A stretch of 64,000 bases of DNA. Origin: Candidatus Woesearchaeota archaeon (GTDB lineage Archaea; Nanobdellota; Nanobdellia; SCGC-AAA011-G17; GW2011-AR20). The translations under genes and the position numbers were made by a program. Location of the stretch: the NCBI GenBank assembly GCA_018303005.1, contig JAGVYY010000031.1, positions 24,994 through 88,993 of the forward strand, written 5' to 3'. Under the pieces are notes generated by a model. That model was not told the origin of the DNA. It searched no databases and saw only the letters and a program-made list of their open reading frames with translations. This document shows, in pieces, positions 47,887-58,326 of the stretch (position 1 is the first letter of the stretch; each line of letters starts with the position of its first letter).

Positions 47887-48217
47887 TCTGGTTGGAAGGC
47901 TGTGTGTTAAACTAGCAGGGCGTGAGAGTGGAAGACATTGCATCATAGTAGATATTATTGATGACAATTCTGTTATAATAGACGGGAATGTTAAAAGAAG
48001 AAAGTGTAATATAAACCATCTGGAATTTCTGAATAAAAAAGCAAATATTGTAAATGGAGCATCAACAGAACAAACTATTGAAGCCATGAAAAAAATAGGA
48101 ATAGAAATAATGACAAAGACAAAAAAGGAGAGAGCGCCAAAAGCACAAGAGAACAAGGAAGAAAAGAGCCAGAAAAAAGAAGAAAAAAGAATCAAAAATG
48201 AAAAAACAAAGAAATAA
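47879..48217 (+). CDS. rpl14e: Ribosomal protein eL14
   Basis: VGRLCVKLAGRESG, VKRRKCNINHLE. Confidence 0.95.
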   Translation: MNNLVGRLCVKLAGRESGRHCIIVDIIDDNSVIIDGNVKRRKCNINHLEFLNKKANIVNGASTEQTIEAMKKIGIEIMTKTKKERAPKAQENKEEKSQKKEEKRIKNEKTKK

Positions 48218-48219
48218 TC

Positions 48220-48642
48220 ATGGTAAAAGATAAAAAAGATCAAGAAGATTATATCCAACTACAGATTCTAACGCAACAATTGCAGCAATATCAGAATAAT
48301 CTTGAGATAATTGATCATAATCTAACAGAATTGAAGAGGCTGGAGTTAAGCCTGGATGATTTTGAAAAAGTCAAAAAACAAAGTGTAATCATGGTTCCTA
48401 TAGGGCAAAACATATTCACAAAAGCCAGGCTTGAGGATGAAAAAGACCTGCTGGTTGCTGTAGGTTCAAGTGTTCTGGTAAAGAAGTCTGTTGCAGAAAC
48501 AAAAGAATTCATGAAAAAGCAGGAAGACGAGTTAGTATTAATTTTTAATCAACTGCGGGAAGAAATGCAAAATATATATCTGTACATACAACAGATACAA
48601 AACAAAGAGCAGCCTAATGAAGATCACGCAAGTGTAGGCTAG
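48220..48642 (+). CDS. pfdA: Prefoldin alpha subunit
   Basis: Coiled coil - MVPIG...LVAVGSSVLVKK - coiled coil. Confidence 0.9.
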   Translation: MVKDKKDQEDYIQLQILTQQLQQYQNNLEIIDHNLTELKRLELSLDDFEKVKKQSVIMVPIGQNIFTKARLEDEKDLLVAVGSSVLVKKSVAETKEFMKKQEDELVLIFNQLREEMQNIYLYIQQIQNKEQPNEDHASVG

Positions 48643-48742
48643 GTAACCGGATTTTGTTTAAAAGTTGTTAATTTTTTGCTGCATTTCAAACAAAGCCAGA
48701 TAACCAATAAACTATATAAAGATTGAAAAATAAAAGACAATT

Positions 48743-50018
48743 CATGAAAAAGATTGGTGCCTTAGTACTTTTCGTCATTATATTAAATATCGATGTCACA
48801 GCCCAGGATAACGCCCCTCCTGTTGCAGTTGCAGGCGGAGATGTTACAACAACATCTGGAAAGATCATAGTAATAGATGCCTTTCAGTCATATGATATTG
48901 ACAATGATATTGATGATAGTTCTTTTAGATGGTATGAAAATGAGCAGCAGATAGGCACTGGTAAGATATTAAGAATCAGCTACCCGAGAACAGGCAGACA
49001 TTTTGTCACGCTGAAGATAACAGATTTTATAGGACTGTCAGCAGCAGATGTAATCTCTATAAAAGTGAAAGAAAAAGAAACATGCAAAGGCACTAATGCG
49101 ATATATTTTCCTGAAGATACAATCTGTAACAACAAATGGCCGTCTAGAGATGGGGATCTTATGTATATTAATAGTGAAGATTACTCATGTAACCTTATAG
49201 AGGTTTGCAGTGATGATCTTGATTATATAGTAGAAGACTCAATAAAATGCTGTAGTAGAGCAGACTTGAATAGTCCTTTGAAAGAATCTGCCTGTGATTT
49301 TGCATTGCAGAAATCAAATGGGAATTTTAAGAAATGCCAGGCATTGTATGTAACAAAAGGATTAGGCACAGATCAGGTATACATGAAAGATTACTTAGAA
49401 GCAGAAATGTGCTGCTCAGCAGTTGGAAGCCTTTGCAGAAATACCAAGAATTTCTACTCTTTTAGACCATTACCGAATTCAGCCCCTACAATAGATATCA
49501 AAAAGTTAAAATGTGGTAGCTCTCCTGAAAACAACATTCCTGGAGAATGGATATCTGATATAGATTTAGGCAAAAATAATTTAGCATTGGTAGACTTACC
49601 CGCCCATGTCACAATAAACAAGTTAAGAGCCGGAACCTGTGTAGATTTCAGCCTGGCCTTGACAACATTATTAAGAAAAATAGGATATACCACATCTGAA
49701 GTTTATACAGTATCAACATCTAATCACGCATTTAATCTAGTTAAATTTCCATTAGACAAGAAATTTACATTGATTGACACAACAGGAACATCTCAGGATA
49801 TTAGAATGGGAAAAACACCTTCAAGTTATAAATATTGTGAAGAATTAGACAAATGCTGGAACGATCTTGGACAAGTAGCATGTCCTGGATTGTCAAATAT
49901 ATTTGCATGCGAAAATACACCTGAGGATTTCCTTAAAAAAACAGAAAGGACAAAGTTTACAATAAAAGACAAGACAAAGAAGCTCGTAAGGGCTATAAAA
50001 GCAGAGGCACAATTTTAA
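48743..50018 (+). CDS. Secreted PKD-domain, Cys-rich transglutaminase-like protein
   Basis: Signal peptide; NAPPVAVAGGD PKD; GTCVDFS, HAFN, IDTT (Cys-His-Asp triad). Confidence 0.75.
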
Positions 50019-50037
50019 AAAGAAAGAAAACTACAAA

Positions 50038-50787
50038 ATGAGAATGAATTACAAACCAGCGATTATTATTGTACTGATGTTGGTAAATATATATATAGTT
50101 CAGGCAGATGATATAACCATAACAAGATCAGTTCCGCCAGAATCTAAATATGGTGACCAGATAAAGATTACTATTTCTTTAACAAATAACATAGATGTCA
50201 AAAAAACTTATGAAGTAAAAGAAAGACTCCCTTTGAATACAGTTCTGATAGATCCACAAAAACCTTCTGAAACAAGGATGTTTAATGCAGTGGAAGTATC
50301 ATTTCTTGCATGGACATTAGATCTAAATCCGGGTGAAACAAAATCAGTTTCATATACAATAAGACCGGATAGAATAGGAGATTATACCATAATAAATGCA
50401 GAAGCAGTTGATATTTCAACAACAGAGATTTATAACAGTGCCAAGTCCCAGTTTGACGTAACATGCATATCAGACAATATATGCAACACTGACATAGGAG
50501 AAAATTACCTGACTTGTCCGGCAGATTGTACAACAGGATTTGGAGATGGCATCTGCAATTCTATTCCTGATAATCAATGTGATCCAGACTGCACAAAAGA
50601 TCCAGACTGTGCACCACATAGGTTCAATATATTGTACATAATAGTGCCCATCTCAGTGATAGTCCTGGTTCTCTTGTTTTATTTCTTCAGGAAACCAAAA
50701 AGAGGTATACCCTACACAGAAAACCAAGAAAAACAAGGGCAAAATAACAGCCATGAACAAAAGCCAGAAGGAGTGCTTTATAGCTAG
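50038..50787 (+). CDS. Membrane-anchored Ig-like/Cys-rich surface protein
   Basis: Signal peptide; WTLDLNPGETKSVSYTI; GENYLTCPADC, CDPDC; C-terminal TM. Confidence 0.75.
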   Translation: MRMNYKPAIIIVLMLVNIYIVQADDITITRSVPPESKYGDQIKITISLTNNIDVKKTYEVKERLPLNTVLIDPQKPSETRMFNAVEVSFLAWTLDLNPGETKSVSYTIRPDRIGDYTIINAEAVDISTTEIYNSAKSQFDVTCISDNICNTDIGENYLTCPADCTTGFGDGICNSIPDNQCDPDCTKDPDCAPHRFNILYIIVPISVIVLVLLFYFFRKPKRGIPYTENQEKQGQNNSHEQKPEGVLYS

Positions 50788-50866
50788 TCTGTAAAAAAAA
50801 CAGCCAATACTGATAGCAGTTAATATTAATATAAATCTATATAAATAAATTCAATCCAATTGTTAT

Positions 50867-52144
50867 ATGGAATTTTTTAAGGCGTTAAAATATTATTCAA
50901 GAAAAGATATACAGGCAGAGATGTTAAATTTTTCAAAGAATCGGGAATTTATACCTCAATTCAGGGGAAGCTTCGGGAAAAGGCCTGATATAATCCAATA
51001 CAATGGAGCTTGATCAGTTAAGGTTTTCATGGGATCTTGTTATTGATGTTGATTTTGAGATATTTGAATGCTCACGAATAATAACAAGCCATATAATAAC
51101 AGCATTGAAGGAGCATGGTATAAAGAACATGTTTGTTAAATTCTCCGGAAATAAAGGATTCCACATATTAATACCTTTTGAATCTTTTCCAGAAAATATT
51201 AAAAAATATAAGACAAAAGACCTGTTTCCAGAAATCCCGAAATCTATATTATTCTATCTAAGCGATTATGTAGATAATGAAAAAAACGGATTTAAGCTCT
51301 CTAAAGAGATATTGGCAAATAAAAGTTTCCAGGATTATTTAAGATCGAAAAATAAATCAGAAAAAGATTTTGTCCAGGAGATATGTACAAAATGCAAAAA
51401 GCAAAAAATTAACGAGGAAAAGATAGAATTCGTTTGTCCTTACTGCAACAAGGTTTATATTGAGGACATAAAGACCAAATTCAAGACGTGCGAAAGGTGC
51501 AAAAAATTAACAGAAAAGATAAATTCAATAAAGATAAAATGCTCTTGCGGCAATACAAGATATGCAAGAAAGATAAATCTTTCCCTAGATTCTATTCTAA
51601 TATCAAGCAGGCATTTGTTTAGAGCTCCATATTCATTAAACGAGAAATCTGGGCTAGTGTCAGTTCCTGTAAACCCAGACAGTGTGTTAAGTTTTGATAG
51701 GGAAAAAGCCAGGATGGAAAATATAAAGGAAATAAAGCCATTCATAGATAAATCCAGAATTAAATCAGAAGAAGCCAAGAGGCTTTTTAACATAGCATTC
51801 CAAGATGTGGAAGAATCTGAATCAGGTAAGAAATACAAAGAATTTGAAATACCAAAAGAAGCATTAAATATCGATAATTTTCCACCATGCATCTTGCTAG
51901 GGCTTAATGGACTTAGATAGTGTTAGAATGGAATAAGAAAAATTCACAGCCTTTAAAAGACGGCTACATACAATCCCAGATATCATGGCATAAAAGGCAA
52001 AAGCAGGTTCCCCCACCAAATTGCCCGGGCAATTCAGGAATGGCTTATTATACTGATCTGAACATTTGCAGGCCTGACAGCATATGCAAATCAATAAAAA
52101 ACCCAGCACAATACACAGTCAAGAAAAGCAAGCTGCATAAATAG
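50867..52144 (+). pseudogene. Fused PriS-PriL DNA primase, broken by two apparent deletions
   Basis: YYSRKDIQ, FGKRPD, WDLVIDVD, KFSGNKGFH, RHLFRAPYSLNEKS, FPPCI, EWNKKN, PPNC, C..IKNP; frame breaks near 51001 and 51918. Confidence 0.85.
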
Positions 52145-52220
52145 ATTTAACACATATTCAGTTAAGTTTAAATAATAAATTAGATAACTTAAATCTCAGG
52201 ATAAGAAAAAAGAGGAGATT

Positions 52221-53807
52221 ATGAAAGAAAAATTTGTCGTATTTTTTTTACTGTTTATAATATTTATACCGTTGGTAAATGCAGATTTTAACAAAAAGAG
52301 TTCAATCGACTGGCTGACAAAGAATACTAAATGGCAGCAGGATCAAATACAAGATGTTTCTCTTGCTTTATTGGCGTTATTATCAAACAATATAAATCCA
52401 ACAACACAGGCATCTATACTGCTGCAGAGGCAGGATAGCAATCACTGTTATCCAAAAAATAACTGCAATGTCAAGGATACAGCATTTGCACTTCTTTTTT
52501 TAAACAAGTTGGGGATTGAAAGAGAGATAAATGCAACATTAACCTGGATGGGATCGACAAAAACAAAGGCGAATATAAATGGACAATGGCTAATCCAAGT
52601 CTTGACAGACAAAACAGGTAAATGTGTTTTAACACACAACAACATAAATTTTAATTTTTCAATAGATGATAAGGGCAAAATCCAGCCCTATGATGTTAAT
52701 TGGCTTGATATAAAAAACAATCTGAAAATAAGCATAGAACAGCCCATAGAGAGATTTTCAGTGGAATGTAAAAGCATTAATGATCCAAACATGGTAACAT
52801 CGCTATTGAGACAGTCAGGAGATGAGATATATATAGTAAAACAGGAAAGTGGGGACAGGGCAGAAGTAGAACTAAACAGCGCCTGTTATCCATTGACAAA
52901 AGGGGGATCTTGTGATGTTGAAACATCATTCTTAACATCATGGGTTATCTACAAGACAACAGGAAAGATAGATACAATGCCCTTTTTAGAGGACAATGCA
53001 CAAACAAACATTCATTATGCAATACTTAATGAGCTCAACAAAGGCAATCAAAAATATGTTGGTTTATTGACAGAAGGAAAAAACAAGGAGAAATATTGGG
53101 ATGATGTATTTACGACTTCATTCGTAATTGATTCTTTAAAAAGTACAGGAAATTCAGTATTGGTAAGCGACTCAATTGAATGGTTAAAATTACAGCAGAT
53201 ATCAACAGGAGAAAACAAAGGGTCTTTTAACAACGGAAATATGAAAGATACAGCAGCAGCCATTTATCTCGGTTTAAATGATCAGTCTACATTTAATCCA
53301 GGCTCGACAGATATTCCTCCTGAAGATGCATATACAAATCAGACACAGAACAATAAAACACAATCTGTTGTACAGTGTGTGACAGATTATGATTGCTATC
53401 CAGGCATTTGTAACCAAGGGACTTGTAAAGAAGTGCAGCAAGTAACATCATCAACCACAATACAAGAACCATTATTAACCACTTCAACCACAATAGAAGG
53501 AGATACTTCTGGTACAGAAGGAGATACCTCTGATACGGGAAATGGTTCTTCCATCTTGAAGATCATAATTCCTTTAGCAATAATTATATTCGCAGGCATT
53601 GGAATATTTTTATACAAAAAATTTTCAAAAAAGCCAGATATTAACGAGGATAATTTTTTCTTAGAACAAAAGAGAGAATCAGAAACAAGCAGGGAAATGC
53701 CAACAGAACAGCGAAGAAGCTATAGACCAAGCCCGAAGGATGAAGCTATAGAGAGAGAGTTAGAGAAATCGCTTAATGACGCCAGAGATTTGTTCAAAAA
53801 GAAATAA
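52221..53807 (+). CDS. Surface protein with prenyltransferase/TED-like helical repeats, Thr-rich linker and C-terminal TM
   Basis: Signal peptide; SIDWL, VKDTAFALL, SIEWL, GSF...DTAAA; TM IIIPLAIIIFAGIGIFLY. Confidence 0.65.
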   Translation: MKEKFVVFFLLFIIFIPLVNADFNKKSSIDWLTKNTKWQQDQIQDVSLALLALLSNNINPTTQASILLQRQDSNHCYPKNNCNVKDTAFALLFLNKLGIEREINATLTWMGSTKTKANINGQWLIQVLTDKTGKCVLTHNNINFNFSIDDKGKIQPYDVNWLDIKNNLKISIEQPIERFSVECKSINDPNMVTSLLRQSGDEIYIVKQESGDRAEVELNSACYPLTKGGSCDVETSFLTSWVIYKTTGKIDTMPFLEDNAQTNIHYAILNELNKGNQKYVGLLTEGKNKEKYWDDVFTTSFVIDSLKSTGNSVLVSDSIEWLKLQQISTGENKGSFNNGNMKDTAAAIYLGLNDQSTFNPGSTDIPPEDAYTNQTQNNKTQSVVQCVTDYDCYPGICNQGTCKEVQQVTSSTTIQEPLLTTSTTIEGDTSGTEGDTSDTGNGSSILKIIIPLAIIIFAGIGIFLYKKFSKKPDINEDNFFLEQKRESETSREMPTEQRRSYRPSPKDEAIERELEKSLNDARDLFKKK

Positions 53808-54096
53808 GCATAATTCTAGAAAGTATAGATAAGAATTTCTTTATAGAATAATATCTGGGTAATATCTAATAAGAAATGAATGGAAAAACCAAGGAAAACC
53901 ATACAAAAAAGGCAGGAGGATAAATTGTTAGGTGCTATAATAGGGTTAATAACAGGGTAATAATGTTTTTTGGTATAAGAATTAAAGAGGTATAAGATAT
54001 AAAAATGAATTATCTTTTCATAAAATAAAAGTTTAAATACCTATAGAGAAAGGAATATAAACATAAGAAATTGATTGACATTAAAAAGAGGGAATA

Positions 54097-55116
54097 ATGC
54101 AACTGCTGTTCAGATTAATAGAATCATTTGGGACTTCTGGAAATGAGGGTATCATAAGAAACATAATCTCAAAAGAAATAAAACCATATGTTGATGATTT
54201 AATGACAGACAAGCTTGGCAACCTTATTGCCCATAAAAAAGGCAAAGAACCAAAATTAATGATAGCTGCCCATATGGATGAAATAGGCCTGATGACCAAG
54301 AGCATTGATGAAAGAGGAAGAATATACTTTTCAAATATCGGTGGCATAAACCCACTGGTCCTGATAGGCCATTCAGTGTATTTAATTGCAAAAAAAAGTA
54401 AAATCCATGGTGTAATAACAACAGAAGAGCTAAGCAATGATTTTTCAGTCCAGAGATTACCAAAGATTGAAGATTTGTTTGTAGACACAGGTTTGTCAAA
54501 AAAACATTTGATTAAACTAGGCATAAGACCCGGTAATTATTTGATTCTGGAACATAAGTTAAACCCTTACCTGGGAAATAAAAATCTGATTGCAGGCAAG
54601 GCATTGGATGATCGAATAGGCTGCTACATCTTGGTAGAGTTGATAAAACAGCTGGAAAATTTAAGAAATGAGGTCTTTTTTGTTTTTACAGTGCAGGAAG
54701 AGATAGGGCTTTATGGTGCAAAGACGTCAGCATATAGGATAAATCCGGATTGGGCAGTTGCTGTTGATGTGACTAATGCAGATGATATGTCAAGTCATCC
54801 AACAATAATTCTTGGAAAAGGTCCTTGTCTGACAATAAAAGATGCTGACATGGTTTCAAGCAGATGTTTAAACAATCATTTAGAGAAAATAGCAAAAAAA
54901 AAGAATATCCCGATACAATATGATGTTTCAGACTTCGGCGCAACAGATGCTGTGAACATAGCAGCGTCAAAGGAAGGGGTCGCATCGACGGTAATATGCA
55001 TTCCAGTGAGAAATCTGCATTCTACGATAGGTATTGCTCATAAGAAAGACATAACCAATGCAATACAATTATTAAAAGAATTAATAAAGAATCCTCCGAA
55101 GACCTGTGATGATTGA
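54097..55116 (+). CDS. M42-family aminopeptidase (TET-like)
   Basis: AAHMDEIG, KALDDRIG, VQEEIG, AVDV, GATDA, RNLHS. Confidence 0.93.
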   Translation: MQLLFRLIESFGTSGNEGIIRNIISKEIKPYVDDLMTDKLGNLIAHKKGKEPKLMIAAHMDEIGLMTKSIDERGRIYFSNIGGINPLVLIGHSVYLIAKKSKIHGVITTEELSNDFSVQRLPKIEDLFVDTGLSKKHLIKLGIRPGNYLILEHKLNPYLGNKNLIAGKALDDRIGCYILVELIKQLENLRNEVFFVFTVQEEIGLYGAKTSAYRINPDWAVAVDVTNADDMSSHPTIILGKGPCLTIKDADMVSSRCLNNHLEKIAKKKNIPIQYDVSDFGATDAVNIAASKEGVASTVICIPVRNLHSTIGIAHKKDITNAIQLLKELIKNPPKTCDD

Positions 55117-55228
55117 TTATAGTTTATAATTCTAAACTACAAATAAAAGGCAGTTTCCTTAGGCATTTTTGATATTGATAATTAGATTACTGTTTAATAG
55201 ATATTAATAAAGAATAACAGCGATATGA

Positions 55229-55876
55229 CTATTCTTCAAAGACAATCCTTGCATCAACAACTTTTCCGCTGATGTCATTTATTATAATAGGATTAATATC
55301 CATTTCAGTAAGATTATCATTTATCATAGGTATCTTAGATATTTTAACAAGTATGTTCTTAAGAAACCTAAAGTTTACAGGCTTTTGCCCTCTTACACCA
55401 TATAATATTTTTTTCGTCCTTAATTCGTCAATCATTTCTTGTGCATCTTTCTCTGTAATCGGGCAGACTCTGAAGGTTACATCTTTCAGAACTTCAGTGA
55501 ATATGCCACCAAATCCAAAGCCAATAACATGCCCAAAAGTGCAATCTTTTTTAATTCCAATCAGCAGTTCTTTGCCATATATATATTCCTGTGTAAGTAT
55601 GCCTTCAATATTCTTAATTTTTAATTTTTTTATAATCTTCATTATTTCTTCATATTCTTTAGGGATGTCTTCATAATCATAGCATATCCTTACCCCACCA
55701 ATATCGCTTTTATGTATCACATCAATAGAGATTATCTTCAGGTCAATAGGAAATCTCATGGTTTTGGCAACTTTCATCAGTTCATCATAAGAATGTGTCA
55801 AGAATCTTTTAGATACAGGAATTCCATGCTTGATCAAAAAATTCTCTGCCTGGTATTCAGCATATATTTTCTTCAT
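55229..55876 (-). CDS. acdB: ADP-forming acyl-CoA synthetase beta subunit (ATP-grasp)
   Basis: HKSDIGGV, FGFGGIFTEVLKDV, MDINP, VVDAR. Confidence 0.92.
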   Translation of the reverse strand: MKKIYAEYQAENFLIKHGIPVSKRFLTHSYDELMKVAKTMRFPIDLKIISIDVIHKSDIGGVRICYDYEDIPKEYEEIMKIIKKLKIKNIEGILTQEYIYGKELLIGIKKDCTFGHVIGFGFGGIFTEVLKDVTFRVCPITEKDAQEMIDELRTKKILYGVRGQKPVNFRFLKNILVKISKIPMINDNLTEMDINPIIINDISGKVVDARIVFEE

Positions 55877-56087
55877 GCAAAGATAATCACAAAAATCTTA
55901 TATAAATGTATTCTACTATTCCATAATTATAACAAATAGATTGTACATTTTTTACATTATTATAGAATTATTATAAATTAGAACAATCACAATATAATGA
56001 CTACTTAAGAATAATAAAAATAGAAAGTTTTATATACTATTTATTACCATAATTTAGTAGTAGTTTATACATGAACTTAATACAAAA

Positions 56088-56238
56088 ATGTTAAAAATTT
56101 TTACGATAACAAAAAAATAGCAAAACATGGAACCCAATCTGTAATAGTTATACCTTCCTTTCTTAAAGAAGAATTAAGACCAAAAACTATTGTAGAGGTT
56201 AAGATTAATGTTATTAAGGAGTTTAAAGATGGCATTTA
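56088..56238 (+). pseudogene. Small AbrB/DUF2080-like gene with frameshift in an A-run
   Basis: FTITKK|IAKHGTQSVIVIPSFLKEELRPKTIVEVKI. Confidence 0.5.
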
Positions 56239-56755
56239 GACCTATAGTTTATAAGAATAGAACCGAATTAGCTAATCTTAATGGTATGCCTGTTTATATG
56301 CATGATATGATAGATGATGCTTTAAGAGGCAGGTTAAATACATTTTTACAAGGTGATACAGGATATCTGGCAAAACACAAATAGTAAGGGACGTTATGCA
56401 TTATTTCGGAGACAAATCTTTATTTATTCTAGGAAGAAATGACATGGATACAAGAGAATTATTCCAGCAGATAAATCCTGAATTCTTAAGAGCTATAAAA
56501 GAACATCAACAAATTACTACATCAAATGTAAAATTTAAAGAATTAACAGATAAGGTGGGTTATCATTTAATTGCCGTAGATGAATTAACAAATAGTGTTC
56601 CAGATGTCAGAGCTCAATTATTTAATTTATTTGATGGTTTTATAGAAATAGATGGAAAAGCTTATCCAATAGGTTCTGATTATTCAATATGGGGTGATAC
56701 ATTCAATTATCGGAATAAAATAATTAAAGGGATAAATAAAAGAAAAACATTATAA
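56229..56755 (+). pseudogene. MoxR-like AAA ATPase fragment
   Basis: FLQGDTG-(2-nt insertion)-SGKTQ Walker A, IAVDEL Walker B, truncated C-terminus. Confidence 0.65.
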
Positions 56756-56774
56756 TCAAATTAAACAGAGAACA

Positions 56775-57521
56775 TTATCTCATAAATTTCCATTCATCCT
56801 TCTTGAATTTATTTTTTGACAGAAATTCAGCTCTTTTTAATTCCATGATCTCCCATTCTCCAAAATCAAATTCTTTATTTTTTGTAAAACCATGAATCAA
56901 AGCATTAACAACATCATTCTTACTTACATCTGTAAGATCTTTGACACATGTAACCCTTTCCTTAACATTGCTGATAAACTTATCAGAAATCTTTTCTTTT
57001 GCGACATTCAGAAAAGAGAACATCTTCTCGACATTAAGATCGTACAATAAAGTCCCATGCACCAGGATACAATCATTTTTTATACTTAAGGCATTACCGG
57101 ATATTTTCTTGTTGTTTGCAGTTATGTCATTGATGGGCTTAAATTCCCCTTTGATTCCTAAATTGTTCAGGCTGTCTATAATCCAGTCACCAACTATCCG
57201 GTAGCATTTGCTTATGTCATTCTCAAAATACTTCTTTGGCACAGCTACACTATATGTCAGACCTCCATCATTATCCTGATAAACCGCTCCTCCGCCAGAG
57301 ATTCTCCTTACAAATTCAATACCATTCTTTTTACAGTTTTCAAGATTGACCTCATCCTTCATTTTTTGGAAGTAGCCTATTATAACGGCACTATTTTTCC
57401 ATCCATAAAACCTGATTGTTGGTTTTACAAATTCTTTACCAACAAACTCAGTCAGGGTTTCATCAAGGGCAAGATTCATGTAAGGATCATGCATTTCTAG
57501 TTTTATAACTCTCCATTTCAT
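56775..57521 (-). CDS. lplA: Lipoate-protein ligase A catalytic subunit
   Basis: NLALDE, VRRISGGGAVY, INDI, KKISGNA, HGTLL. Confidence 0.93.
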   Translation of the reverse strand: MKWRVIKLEMHDPYMNLALDETLTEFVGKEFVKPTIRFYGWKNSAVIIGYFQKMKDEVNLENCKKNGIEFVRRISGGGAVYQDNDGGLTYSVAVPKKYFENDISKCYRIVGDWIIDSLNNLGIKGEFKPINDITANNKKISGNALSIKNDCILVHGTLLYDLNVEKMFSFLNVAKEKISDKFISNVKERVTCVKDLTDVSKNDVVNALIHGFTKNKEFDFGEWEIMELKRAEFLSKNKFKKDEWKFMR

Positions 57522-57820
57522 TTTACAGCCTCTTTTATGACATTTGTCAGGTCTTCTTCATCAAAACCGATCAGTTTTATATCCCTCATCCTAATGAAGT
57601 TCCTAAGTTTGTATTCTATAACTTCTTTCTCTAATCTAACATCCAGGCCAACAAGGAATTCCTCAATTTCATTTATTGATTCTTCAGGATGTATGAAAAA
57701 ATCACCAGAGATCCGAATCTTTCTTATCATATCATGGTAATCTATCAGAACTGTTACTAGCTTGCCATTTAATACCTTCTTACTGGCCATGCCTATCATA
57801 AATAAACTAAATATAGACAA
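57518..57820 (-). CDS. Lipoate-protein ligase accessory (C-terminal domain) subunit
   Basis: GKLV, IRISGDFFIHPEE. Confidence 0.85.
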   Translation of the reverse strand: MSIFSLFMIGMASKKVLNGKLVTVLIDYHDMIRKIRISGDFFIHPEESINEIEEFLVGLDVRLEKEVIEYKLRNFIRMRDIKLIGFDEEDLTNVIKEAVK

Positions 57821-57894
57821 GTTTTTTATACTTTCTTATGTTGCAAAAGATATTTAAATTCAATAAGACTACTTAAATTAAAAAGAGAGGTAAA

Positions 57895-58326
57895 ATGAAA
57901 GTAAAAGAAGTAATGGAGAAACCAGTATTTATCCCAATAGGTTCTACTAAAAAACAAATTCTTTCAATTGTAAAAAAATATCCAAAAACAAAAATTTTTC
58001 TTATTGTGGATAAAAACAAAAAATTTTTAGGAGACATTCATGAGGATGATTTATTCTATATGATGATACCAAATGAAAAGTATGAAGATATCGGTATAAG
58101 TTTATCTTTTGATCTTGAAAAAAAGTTTTTTGCAAATAATGCTAAGGAAATTATGCGCAAACATGATGTTACATGTTATGAAGATGATGGTATTTTAGCC
58201 ACATCATTAAAATTCGCAGGTGCTGAAGTTAATGAAATCCCGGTTTTAAATAAAAAAAATAAAGTTGTAGGAGTAATAACACAAGGTATACTATTAAGGA
58301 ATATAAACAAAACCAAAAATGATTGA
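57895..58326 (+). CDS. CBS-domain protein
   Basis: MKVKEVM...IPVLNKKNKVVGVIT. Confidence 0.88.
   Translation: MKVKEVMEKPVFIPIGSTKKQILSIVKKYPKTKIFLIVDKNKKFLGDIHEDDLFYMMIPNEKYEDIGISLSFDLEKKFFANNAKEIMRKHDVTCYEDDGILATSLKFAGAEVNEIPVLNKKNKVVGVITQGILLRNINKTKND

Noticed and set aside
33414-48642. Many minus-strand ORFs over the r-protein operon (and similar shadow ORFs elsewhere)
   Set aside because: Antisense shadows of well-supported genes with no motifs.
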